A DNA stretch of 64,000 bases from Candidatus Eiseniibacteriota bacterium (GTDB taxonomy: Bacteria; Eisenbacteria; RBG-16-71-46; CAVPCR01), in NCBI GenBank assembly GCA_963702435.1, contig CAVPCR010000003.1, positions 352,001 through 416,000 on the forward strand, given 5' to 3'. The notes below the pieces were generated by a model. That model saw nothing but the letters and a program-made list of their open reading frames with translations, made no database searches and was not told the DNA's origin. Each line of letters begins with the position of its first letter. Position 1 is the first letter of the stretch. Made by a program: the position numbers and the translations under genes. Of the stretch, positions 44,773 to 54,073 are shown one piece after another.

Positions 44773-44834
44773 TAAGCAACCATGTTTCCGTGGAGACCGT
44801 GGGTCGCGACCCTGGTCCCCTGGAGGAGCCAATC

Positions 44835-45851
44835 ATGAAGCGACTGGCATCGATCCTGTGTGCAGGCCTGCTCGTGCTGTCGGCGGCGTCGGCATTCGCC
44901 ATCAGCACCTCCAACGTGGCGGAGCCCATCCAGAAGGGCGCCCCCACTCAGGTTCCGGGCGGCTGGACCGACACCGGCGGCGAGACTCCGGCCACCGCCA
45001 CCCTCATCACCTCCCTCCCCTACACCGACTCGGACAACACCTGCGGCCGCGTCCAGGACTACACCGCGTCCTGCGGCGCCAACGCGGCTCCGGATCTCTT
45101 CTACCGCTACGTGCCGACCTCGAACCAGAACGGCGTCACCATCTCGCTCTGCGGCTCGAGCTATGACACGGTGCTCTACGTCCTCGAGAACAACGTCGAG
45201 ATCGCCTGCAACGACGACTTCTGCGGTCTGCAGTCGGAGCTGACCGTCTCCTTCGTGGCCGGCCGGACCTACATCATCGGCGTGAGCGGCTTCTCTACCA
45301 ACTGCGGCCCGTACACGCTGAACATCTCCGGTGTGCCCGTCCCCTGCATCCCGACCTGCCCGGCCGGTACGCAGGTGGAAGGTGAGCCCCTCTGCGGTCC
45401 GAACTACGTGGACGCCTTCAACGGCGGCTGCAACTCGACGCCGGCCGTCTTCTCGCAGGTCACCTGCGGCGTGATCTGCGGCGAATCCGGAACGTACCTG
45501 TTCAACAGCGCGCAGTATCGCGACACCGACTGGTACACGCTGCCGGCCACCTACTCCGGCGGCTCGTACAGCGGCCTGTCGGATGGCTTTGCGCTCCGCC
45601 TCTTCGTCCTCACGCCGGTCTGCCCGACGACCGTCATCTCGACGACCACGTCTCCGAACTGCGTGCCGTCGTCGTCGCTCACCATCCCCGCCGGCGCCTC
45701 GTACCTCTTCGCCGGTCCGGACGTCTTCACGGGCGTCCCCTGCGGCCAGAAGTACCTCGTCAACATCACGGGCAACGTCCCGCAGCCGCCGTGCGGCGTG
45801 ACGGCGACCGAGCCCTCGACCTGGGGCCAGATCAAGAACGAGTACCGCTAG
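44835..45851 (+). CDS. Secreted Cys-rich protein (PPC-like Ig domains) ending in a TWGQIKNEYR motif
   Basis: GGAGGAG RBS, signal peptide (ASAFA), 'YDTVLYV..IACNDDFCGLQS', 'DAFNGGCNS', 'RDTDWY'. Confidence 0.8.
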   Translation: MKRLASILCAGLLVLSAASAFAISTSNVAEPIQKGAPTQVPGGWTDTGGETPATATLITSLPYTDSDNTCGRVQDYTASCGANAAPDLFYRYVPTSNQNGVTISLCGSSYDTVLYVLENNVEIACNDDFCGLQSELTVSFVAGRTYIIGVSGFSTNCGPYTLNISGVPVPCIPTCPAGTQVEGEPLCGPNYVDAFNGGCNSTPAVFSQVTCGVICGESGTYLFNSAQYRDTDWYTLPATYSGGSYSGLSDGFALRLFVLTPVCPTTVISTTTSPNCVPSSSLTIPAGASYLFAGPDVFTGVPCGQKYLVNITGNVPQPPCGVTATEPSTWGQIKNEYR

Positions 45852-46183
45852 TTCCGCTCCGGGAGCGTTCGCTCTGAACGCCCCCGCGTGACGGCCAGCG
45901 AAAGGCGGGCGCCGGGTGACCGGCGCCCGCCTTCTTTTCTGCCCCGCTCCCTTTCCCCGAGCGCCAGGACCGAATCGGGCGGCGAGACGATCGCCGCGGC
46001 CACGATCCGACCGCGACCGGGCGCACACACGTCTCCACCGACGCTTCAGCGCACCCGCGACCTGGGGCGCGATCAGGAGCGAGTACCGGTAGTTCCGCTC
46101 CGGGAGCGATCGCTCTGAATGCCCCCGCGTGACGGCCAGAGGAAGGCGGGCGCCGGGGTGACCGGCGCCCGCCTTCCTCTTCT
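45813..46183 (+). repeat. Imperfect ~128-bp direct repeat (gene 3' end plus terminator), two copies
   Basis: 45813-45940 vs 46054-46183; they encode PSTWGQIKNEYR* and PATWGAIRSEYR*, followed by near-identical UTR and hairpin. Confidence 0.9.
45902..45940 (+). terminator. Intrinsic terminator
   Basis: aaggcgggcgccgg-gtga-ccggcgcccgcctt followed by cttttct; second copy at ~46142-46183. Confidence 0.8.
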
Positions 46184-46196
46184 CCTCGCGTTCCGC

Positions 46197-47729
46197 TCAG
46201 CGCCCGGAGTGAGCCGGGGTGGGCCTCCCGCCCCCGTCGCCGGCGCCGAGAAGCCCGTCGTTCCGCCGCCGGCTGCTCTGCTGGCCCCCGTTCCTGAGCC
46301 GCTCCCCCTCGATCGCGGAGAGCATCTCGGCGGTCACGTCCCCGGTCGGATACTCGCCGCTGAAGCAGGCCCCGCAGGAGTTCCCGACCGCCGGGTTCCC
46401 GGCCAGCACCGAGTCGCGGAGCGCCGGGAGTTCCTGGTAGATCACGCGGTCGGCCCCGAGGAGCCGGGCCACCTCCTCGGTGCTGCGGTCGCGGGCGATG
46501 AACTCGGTGCGCGTCTGCATGTCGATCCCATAGACGCAGGGATGGCGGATCGGCGGCGCGGTCGATGCGAAGTAGACCCGGGCCGCACCGTTCCGCCGCA
46601 CCATGTCCACGATCGAGCGCGAGGTATGCCCGCGCACGATCGAGTCATCCACCAGGAGGACGCGCTTCCCCTCGAACACCGAGCGGATCGCATTCAGCTT
46701 GTGGCGCACCGAGCGGCGCCGGCTCTCGTCATCGGGCATGATGAAGGTGCGCCCGATGTAGCGGTTCTTGACGAGGCCCTCGCGGAAGGGCAGGCCGAGT
46801 TCGGTGGCGATGGCCTGGGCGGCCGTGCGCGCCGAGTCGGGGACGGGAACGACGACATCGATCTCGAGCCCGAGCTTCCGGATCTCCTGCGCCAGCCGCT
46901 CCCCCATCCGGATCCGGGTGTGGTAGACCGAGATGCCGTCGATCACCGAGTCCGGGCGTGCGAAGTAGACGAACTCGAAGAGGCAGGGATGCGCCCGCGG
47001 CGGCTCGATCTGCCGGCTGTGCACGACCCCTGTCATGTCGATGAAGAGGGCCTCGCCCGGCGCCGGGGACTTGACCTCGGTGAAGCCGAGGAGGTCGAGC
47101 ACCACCGACTCGGAGGCCACGGCGTAGGACGGTTCACCGTCGAGGAGACGCCGTCCCCACGCGATCGGCTTGATCCCGTACGGATCGCGAAAGGCGAACA
47201 GCCCCTGGCCGGCGATCATGCCGACCACCGAGTAGGAGCCGCGCACGCGCCGGAAGACCTCGCCGACCGCCGCGTAGTAGGACTCGACGTCGAATCCGTT
47301 CGGCGTCGTGCGCTCGAGACGGGCGGCGAAGATGTTCTGGATGACCTCGACGTCGCACCCCGAGTCGATGTGCCGCGACTCGCGGACCTCGAGCTCGCGC
47401 TTGAGATCCTGGTAGTTGGCGACGTTCCCGTTGTGCGCCATGACGATGCCGTAGGGGTAGTTGATCACGAACGGCTGGGCATCCTCGCCGCCGCCGGAGC
47501 CGACCGTCGGGTAGCGCACGTGGCCGACCCCGATCCCGCCCTTCAACCGCTCGATGTTGTCGGCGAAGAAGATGTCGCGGACGAGTCCCTCCCCCTTCTT
47601 CACGTGGAAGCGGCCGTCGTAGGTCACGATCCCCGCGGCGTCCTGTCCGCGGTGCTGCACCGCGACCAGGCCGTCGTAGATCTCGCGGACCGCGGACCCG
47701 GAGTGGATGATGCCGAGGAATCCGCACAT
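46197..47729 (-). CDS. purF: Amidophosphoribosyltransferase
   Basis: N-terminal MCG, QHRGQDAAG, GHVRYPT, FARPDS, VDDSIVRG, YGIDM, CGACFSGEYP. Confidence 0.97.
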   Translation of the reverse strand: MCGFLGIIHSGSAVREIYDGLVAVQHRGQDAAGIVTYDGRFHVKKGEGLVRDIFFADNIERLKGGIGVGHVRYPTVGSGGGEDAQPFVINYPYGIVMAHNGNVANYQDLKRELEVRESRHIDSGCDVEVIQNIFAARLERTTPNGFDVESYYAAVGEVFRRVRGSYSVVGMIAGQGLFAFRDPYGIKPIAWGRRLLDGEPSYAVASESVVLDLLGFTEVKSPAPGEALFIDMTGVVHSRQIEPPRAHPCLFEFVYFARPDSVIDGISVYHTRIRMGERLAQEIRKLGLEIDVVVPVPDSARTAAQAIATELGLPFREGLVKNRYIGRTFIMPDDESRRRSVRHKLNAIRSVFEGKRVLLVDDSIVRGHTSRSIVDMVRRNGAARVYFASTAPPIRHPCVYGIDMQTRTEFIARDRSTEEVARLLGADRVIYQELPALRDSVLAGNPAVGNSCGACFSGEYPTGDVTAEMLSAIEGERLRNGGQQSSRRRNDGLLGAGDGGGRPTPAHSGR

Positions 47730-47756
47730 GCGTCTGCGCCGCCTTGCTATGGATGG

Positions 47757-49008
47757 TTACGAACTCTGCCCGACCGCTTCGGCCGCCACCAGGTCCTCCG
47801 GATTGACCCCGCGCTGGGTCTCGACCGGGATGTAGGCATCGAGGTGGGTGAGCTGCCCGGCCTCCTTGATGAGATTCCGCGCGATCACCATCCGCTGCAC
47901 CTGGTTGGTGCCCTCGTAGATCTGGGTGATCTTGGCGTCGCGCATGTACTTCTCGATCGGGTAGTCGCGCATGAAGCCGTAGCCGCCGAAGATCTGCACC
48001 GCGTTGGTCGTCACCTCCATGGCGACGTCGGTGGCGAAGAACTTGGCCATGGCCGCCAGCTTGGTGGTGTCCGGGGCCTCGGTCTCGATCGCCCGCGCCG
48101 AGGCGTACACGAGCTGGCGCGCCGCCTCGACCTTGGTCGCCATGTCGGCGAGCATCTGCTGGATCATCTGGAAGGACGAGATCTTGGCGCCGAACTGGTT
48201 GCGGCGGTTCGCGTAGACCAGGGCGTAGCTCGAGCGCGCCCTGCGGCGAGCCCGACGGCCTGCGCGGCGACGCCGGGGCGGGCGCGGTCGAGCGTCATCA
48301 TGGCGTGCTTGAACCCGTATCCCGCCTTCCCGCCGAGGAGGTTCTCGGCCGGCACGCGGCAGTCGTCGAAGTCGAGTTCGACGACCGGCACGCAGCGGAT
48401 GCCCATCTTGTCCTCGACCTTCCCGATCTTGAAGCCGGGCGTGCCCTTCTCGACGAGGAACGCCGAGATGCGACGCGAGCGGGACTTGGGATCGGTCACC
48501 GCGAAGACCGTGTAGAAGTCGGCGGCGCCGCCGTTCGTGGTCCACTTCTTCTCGCCGTTCAGGACGTAGTGCTTGCCGCTCTCGACCGCCTGCATCCGCA
48601 TGCCGCCGGCGTCGGAGCCCGCGATACTTCTCGGAGAGGCCGAACGCGATGAGCTTCTCGCCGCGCGCGATCGGCGGCAGGTAGCGCCTCTTCTGCTCCT
48701 CGGTGCCGGCCACGATGATCGGGAACGAGCCGAGCGCGTTCACGGCGAAGAGGACGCCCACGCCGCCGCAGGCCTTCGAGAGCTCCTCGACGACCAGGCA
48801 GAGGTCGAGGACCGAGCCGCCCGGCCCCGCCGTACTCCCTCGGGATCCACACCCCGATGAGCCCGGCCGCGGCGAGTCCTTCCTTGATCTCCCAGGGATA
48901 CTCCTGGAGTCGGTCGTACTTCGCCGCCAGCGGACGCACCAAGCGATTGGCCACTTCCCGCGCGCGCTCCTGCCACTTGCGAGTTTCGTTGCTCAGATAC
49001 GCCGACAT
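47757..49008 (-). CDS. Acyl-CoA dehydrogenase, with four +1 frameshifts in this sequence
   Basis: PREYGGAG, GTEEQKRRYLP, LSE..AGSDAG, LNGEKKWTTNG, KMGIR, QIFGGYGF, KITQIYEGTNQVQR. Extra bases at ~48822, 48623, 48244 and 48228. Confidence 0.9.
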
Positions 49009-49178
49009 GCCTGCCTCATCGCGCGGCGCCGCTTGGCGCCGGCCTGGTTAGCGGTCCGATCGGGGCTCACCGAGACGGGGAAAGGCGCAGTCTAGCACAG
49101 GGAATGGGGACCGGGGGCCGCGGGGGAGCACGGGAGGACGGCCCGCCGTGCCGCGGGCAGGGTCTGCCGCCGCTCGAG

Positions 49179-50276
49179 CTAGGCGTCGAGGCGCCGCTCG
49201 CTCGATGCGTCGAAGAGATGGAGCCGATCGAGCTCCAGGTCGAGCTCCATCGTGCCGCCGACCGCCGGAGCGCGGTGCGGATCGGTCTTGGCCACGAAGG
49301 CGGCGTCGCCGATCCGGCCGTGCACGACCGCCTCGTGGCCGAGGAGCTCGACGAGCTCGACCGCCATCGCGAGCCGGTGGGTCTCGCCGCGCCCGCCGGG
49401 CCCCGCTCTATCGGCGAGGTGTTCCGGCCGGATGCCGGCGATCACGCGGCGCCCGTCGCCGCCGGCCGTCCATGCGCGAAGGGAGGCCGGGACCGGCAGC
49501 CGGAGGTCGCCGGCCGCGAGCGCCGCTCCGCCGCCGGCCACGGTCGCGGCCAGGAGATTCATGGGCGGCGTCCCGATGAAGCCGGCCACGAAGAGGGTAG
49601 CCGGGCGCTCGTAGACCTCGAGCGCGCTACCCACCTGCTCGAGCCGGCCGGCGCGCATGACTGCGATCCGGTGCCCCATGGTCATCGCCTCGACCTGGTC
49701 GTGGGTGACGTAGAGACTGGTCGTCTCGAGGCGCTGCTGCAGGCGCGTGAGCTCGCCGCGCATCTGGACCCGGAGCTTGGCGTCGAGGTTGGACAGGGGT
49801 TCGTCGAACAGGAAGACCGCGGGCTGGCGCACGATCGCGCGGCCGAGCGCGACGCGCTGCCGCTGCCCGCCCGAGAGCTCCTTCGGCTTGCGATCGAGAA
49901 GCGCGATGATGTCGAGCACCTGCGCCGCGGCGCGTACGCGGGCCGCCATCTCGGCGGCCGGCGTCTTCCGCATCCTGAGCCCGAACTCGAGATTCCCGCG
50001 CACCGTGAGATGCGGATAGAGCGCGTAGCTCTGGAAGACCATGGCGATGTCGCGATCCCTGGGCGGGAGATCGTTCACCCGGCGGCCGTCGATCGTGATC
50101 GTGCCCGCGCTGACCTCTTCGAGCCCGGCGAGCATGCGGAGCGCCGTCGATTTGCCGCAGCCCGAGGGGCCGACGAGCACCATGAACTCGCGATCGCGGA
50201 TCCGGAGATCCAGGTCCTCGATCACCGAGACGGCGCCGAACCGCTTCGCCACGCCTTTGAACTCGACCTCCGCCAT
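49179..50276 (-). CDS. Orphan sugar ABC transporter ATP-binding protein (MalK/MsmX/UgpC type)
   Basis: [54 protein letters not shown]-like C-terminus; no permease or binding protein adjacent. Confidence 0.93.
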   Translation of the reverse strand: MAEVEFKGVAKRFGAVSVIEDLDLRIRDREFMVLVGPSGCGKSTALRMLAGLEEVSAGTITIDGRRVNDLPPRDRDIAMVFQSYALYPHLTVRGNLEFGLRMRKTPAAEMAARVRAAAQVLDIIALLDRKPKELSGGQRQRVALGRAIVRQPAVFLFDEPLSNLDAKLRVQMRGELTRLQQRLETTSLYVTHDQVEAMTMGHRIAVMRAGRLEQVGSALEVYERPATLFVAGFIGTPPMNLLAATVAGGGAALAAGDLRLPVPASLRAWTAGGDGRRVIAGIRPEHLADRAGPGGRGETHRLAMAVELVELLGHEAVVHGRIGDAAFVAKTDPHRAPAVGGTMELDLELDRLHLFDASSERRLDA

Positions 50277-50513
50277 CCGCCCGCGCTCCCTTCAAGTTCG
50301 AGCCTCGCGACGGCCGCGATCCTCCCGACTCGCGCACACGCCGTCAAGAGGCCTCAGCCGCCGGGACCCCGGGCGGCGCCGCCCGGGGCCGACCCGGAAG
50401 CCGCCGGGGGTCGCGGTTGCAGACGCCCCCGCTCTCCCCTATGCTGCCCCCCGGATCGGCCGCTCGGCGGATGGTCCCGCCCGGGCGCCGGTGGCACGGC
50501 CGAGTGAAACACG

Positions 50514-51410
50514 ATGAGCCTCGTCAATCGCCTGATCGCCTCCACCCTGCCCTTCGTTCCCCGTTCGATCATCGGCCACTTCTCGGAGCGCTACATCGCC
50601 GGCCCCGCGGTCGACGACGCCATGCGCGTGGTCAAGGAGCTCAACAAGACCGGCGCCGTGGCGACGGTCGATGTCCTCGGTGAGCACCTGACGCGGATCG
50701 AGGAGGCCGACCTCGCCCTCGCGTCCTACGAGGAGCTGATCGCGCGCATCGCACGCGAGCGCGTGGACGCGACCGTCTCGGTCAAGCTCACCGCGCTCGG
50801 CCTCCAGAAGGACCCGGCCGTCTGCTACGACCACATGCGGCGATTGTGCGCCGCAGCGCGCGACGCGGGGAACTTCGTCACGATCGACATGGAGGACTCG
50901 AGCTGCACCACGGCGACGCTCGACATCTATCGGCGGCTCCGGCGCGAATTCCCGGCGGTGGGCACCGTCATCCAGGCCTACCTCCGCCGGAGCAAGGCCG
51001 ACGTCGTCGCTCTCGCCGCCGAGAAGGCGAACATCCGCCTGTGCAAGGGCATCTACATCGAGCCGCGGGCGATCGCCTACCGCGACCGCGACATCGTGCG
51101 CGCCAACTTCACCGATCTCCTGGCCACCCTGCTGCGCGGCGGCAGCTACGTCGGGATCGCCACCCATGACGAGATCCTCGTCTGGCACGCGCTGCGCCTG
51201 ATCGAGGAGCTCGCGCTCGACCCCACCGCCTACGAGTTCCAGATGCTCCTCGGCGTGGACGAAGAGCTCCGCCGCGTCCTCATCCAGGGCGGCCACCGCC
51301 TCCGCGTCTACGTGCCCTACGGCGCCCACTGGTACGCGTACTCGATGCGCCGGCTCAAGGAGAACCCGGACATCGTCGGGCACATCCTGAAGGGCATGTT
51401 CCGGGCCTAG
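50514..51410 (+). CDS. Monofunctional proline dehydrogenase
   Basis: RYIAG, DVLGE, SVKLTALG, IDMED, QAYLRR, RLCKGIY, IATHD, FQMLLG, YVPYG..RRLKE. Confidence 0.93.
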   Translation: MSLVNRLIASTLPFVPRSIIGHFSERYIAGPAVDDAMRVVKELNKTGAVATVDVLGEHLTRIEEADLALASYEELIARIARERVDATVSVKLTALGLQKDPAVCYDHMRRLCAAARDAGNFVTIDMEDSSCTTATLDIYRRLRREFPAVGTVIQAYLRRSKADVVALAAEKANIRLCKGIYIEPRAIAYRDRDIVRANFTDLLATLLRGGSYVGIATHDEILVWHALRLIEELALDPTAYEFQMLLGVDEELRRVLIQGGHRLRVYVPYGAHWYAYSMRRLKENPDIVGHILKGMFRA

Positions 51411-51423
51411 CCCGCCGGCCCGT

Positions 51424-52659
51424 TCAGCGTTCGGGCCCGGGGACGCTCCCGGAGCCGCCCGCTTGGCCGGTGCGGTGGAAGATGTCCCCCTGCCCGAATC
51501 CGGCGTTCCGCCAGACCAGGTGCAATGCCCCGTCGGCGCCGGCGGCGAGACACGGGTTGAAACAGGGGACCGGCAGGTCGGTCGTCACCAGGGTCTCCTC
51601 GGTGAGACCTCCGGGGTTCACGCGGGCGTAGTAGATCTGCGCCGAGGCCGAGTCCCCCTCAGCATGCCGGCCGTCCTCCCACAGGAGATGGAGGCCGCTC
51701 GCGGCGGCGACGAGACAGGGAGAACGCGCGGCCGATCCTTCCTTCCCGGCGCGCAGCGGCGTCCCGAATCCCTTCCCGTCCGCCGCGGCCACGAGCACCG
51801 CCTCTGCCCCACCCCGCGTGTCCATCCACGCGATGTGCGCCCGGCCATCCGGCGTCACGGCCACCGAGGGGCGGGTCTGGCGGCCGGCTCCCTCGAGAGG
51901 GCTCACCTCGGTGGGCGGCGTGTAGGAATCCGGCATGAGGCTCCCGTGGAGCACCCGCCGGGCCCCGCTCCGGTTGTCGGCCCACGCGAGATGGAGCCGG
52001 CCCTCGGGACCGTAGGCCAGCGCGACCTGGTCGGAGGCCCGCCTGTCTTGTGGAGTGACCGCCTCGATCGGTCCGAACGCCGACTGGCCGGCGGGCCGGC
52101 GGCGGAGCCGGAGCTCGTAGTTCATGTCCACCATCGCCGTCCAGGCGACCGCGACCTCGCCCCTGGGCCCCGCGGCGATCGCGGGCTCCATGACGAGGAG
52201 CGTCGGTTCGCAGAGCGATTCGGACGCCGCGAGCGCGAGCCGATCCAGGTCGAGTCGGGCTGCGCGCACCTCGAAGCTCCCGCTCCCCTGGTCCACCCAG
52301 GCGATCATGATCTCGCCGCCGGCGGTGGCGAGAGCGGCATCGCCCGAGTACTTGCCGTCGCTCGCGGTCAGGGCGGCCGATCGGGTCCACGTGCCATCCG
52401 GGAGGCGGACGCGCGCCATGAGCTCGGGCGCCCCGCCCTCCTCCGGGAATTCAGCCCACACCACGGCCACCCGCCCGGCACCGTCCACGGCCACAGCCTG
52501 CGGGCTGATCTCGTTGAGGGCCGAGGCCGTGGGGCTGTCGGAGACATCCACCTCGGGCTCGAAGGCCACCGCCCCGGCCGCGCCGGCTCCGGCCGCCAGG
52601 CCGAGCCCGACGCCCAGGGTCATCCGGATGGCATCGCTTACCGCCGTCTTCCAGCTCAT
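51424..52659 (-). CDS. Secreted repeat protein (BNR/propeller-like)
   Basis: Signal peptide, then about 7 repeats of P-x-(V/I)A...G-x-(V/L)H(L/I)AW-x-D-x-R. Confidence 0.65.
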   Translation of the reverse strand: MSWKTAVSDAIRMTLGVGLGLAAGAGAAGAVAFEPEVDVSDSPTASALNEISPQAVAVDGAGRVAVVWAEFPEEGGAPELMARVRLPDGTWTRSAALTASDGKYSGDAALATAGGEIMIAWVDQGSGSFEVRAARLDLDRLALAASESLCEPTLLVMEPAIAAGPRGEVAVAWTAMVDMNYELRLRRRPAGQSAFGPIEAVTPQDRRASDQVALAYGPEGRLHLAWADNRSGARRVLHGSLMPDSYTPPTEVSPLEGAGRQTRPSVAVTPDGRAHIAWMDTRGGAEAVLVAAADGKGFGTPLRAGKEGSAARSPCLVAAASGLHLLWEDGRHAEGDSASAQIYYARVNPGGLTEETLVTTDLPVPCFNPCLAAGADGALHLVWRNAGFGQGDIFHRTGQAGGSGSVPGPER

Positions 52660-52797
52660 AGAACCGCTCGACCTCCAGGCGAGATGGGGTGCTTCGACAC
52701 ATCGGGCGCGGGCAGCCGGGGCCGGCCCGCCGCCGGCCCCATGATGCACGGGTTCGGGCGTTTGACTCAAGCGCCGAGCCCGCCCTAGGATCCGGCC

Positions 52798-54060
52798 ATG
52801 TCCTCTCCATCCGAACCCCGCTCCGCCGTCCGCAAGCCCTTCACGGAAGAGGTCGAGACCCGCGGCCACCTGGTCGACTCCGGGCTCATGGCGCACATCT
52901 TCGACACGATCATCCGGGACGGAGCAGCCTTCCACGTCCTCGAGTTCGCGATGGGGCGGACCAATGAGGATGCGTCCCACGCGCGGATCGAGGTCGGCGC
53001 CGACTCGGCCGCGGTCCTCGAGCACCTGATCGAGAAGCTCCACGATCTCGGGTGCGTGCGCCGGACCGCTCCGGAGCCGGCGCTCGAACCGGCCCCCGCC
53101 GACGGCATCGCCCCTCCCGGCTTCTACTCGACGACCAACCACCCGACGGCCGTGCGCCTCGGAGAACGCTGGGTGCCGCTCGAGGCGCAGCGCATGGATG
53201 CGGCGATCGTGGTGGATGCCGGCGGGCGCGCCCGCTGCGTCAAGCTCCGCGATCTCCGGCGCGGCGATCCGGTGGTCTGCGGCATCGGCGGTGTCCGCGT
53301 CACGCCCGTCCCCCGCGAGCGCGATCGCTCGGATTTCGCCTTCATGTCGAACGACGTCTCGTCGGAGCGGCGCGTGCGGCTCGCCGTCCGCGACCTCGCC
53401 GCCGAGATCGCGGCGATCCGCGCCCGCGGCGGTCGCACCATCGTCGTGGCCGGGCCCGTCGTCATCCACACGGGCGGCGTCGAGGCGCTCTCCCATCTCA
53501 TCCAGAACCACTATGTCGCGGCGCTCCTCGCCGGGAACGCGCTCGCGGTCCACGATCTCGAGAATGCGCTCTACGGCACGTCGCTCGGCATCTCGACCCG
53601 GACCGGGCTCGCGGTCGATGAGGGCCATCACCACCACATCCGCGCCATCAACGCCGTGAACCACGCCGGCGGCATCGCCGCCGCCGTGCATGCCGGGCTC
53701 CTCCGGAGCGGCGTGATGAGCGCCTGCGTCCGCTCCGGAGTGGAGTTCGTGCTCGCCGGGAGTCTTCGCGACGACGGCCCGCTCCTCGAGACGATCACCG
53801 ACATGAACGTGGCGCAGGATGTCTACGCGCGGGTCCTCGCCGGGGCCGACCTCGTCCTCATCCTGAGCTCGATGCTGCACGGGATCGCGGTCGGCAACAT
53901 GCTCCCCGCCTCCGTACGCACGATCTGCGTCGATATCAACCCCGCCGTGGTCACCAAGCTCGCCGACCGCGGCACCACGCACGCCCTGGGCCTCGTCACC
54001 GACGTCGGCCTCTTTCTCCACCTCCTCGCCCAGGAGCTGGGCCTTCCCGGCGAGCCATGA
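52798..54060 (+). CDS. TIGR00300 / LOR-SDH family protein (ArgZ/AgrE C-terminal-like, probable ornithine cyclodeaminase)
   Basis: GHLVDSG, PPGFYSTTNHPT, QRMDAAIV, FAFMSNDVSSER, GPVVIHTGG, GNALAVHDLE, AGSLRDDGPL, CVDINP, KLADRG. Confidence 0.85.
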   Translation: MSSPSEPRSAVRKPFTEEVETRGHLVDSGLMAHIFDTIIRDGAAFHVLEFAMGRTNEDASHARIEVGADSAAVLEHLIEKLHDLGCVRRTAPEPALEPAPADGIAPPGFYSTTNHPTAVRLGERWVPLEAQRMDAAIVVDAGGRARCVKLRDLRRGDPVVCGIGGVRVTPVPRERDRSDFAFMSNDVSSERRVRLAVRDLAAEIAAIRARGGRTIVVAGPVVIHTGGVEALSHLIQNHYVAALLAGNALAVHDLENALYGTSLGISTRTGLAVDEGHHHHIRAINAVNHAGGIAAAVHAGLLRSGVMSACVRSGVEFVLAGSLRDDGPLLETITDMNVAQDVYARVLAGADLVLILSSMLHGIAVGNMLPASVRTICVDINPAVVTKLADRGTTHALGLVTDVGLFLHLLAQELGLPGEP

Positions 54061-54073
54061 CCGGCGGCGCGCC

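Noticed and set aside
45813..46183. Diversity-generating retroelement TR/VR pair
   Set aside because: Mismatches are not restricted to adenines, the repeat includes the terminator, and there is no reverse transcriptase in the window.
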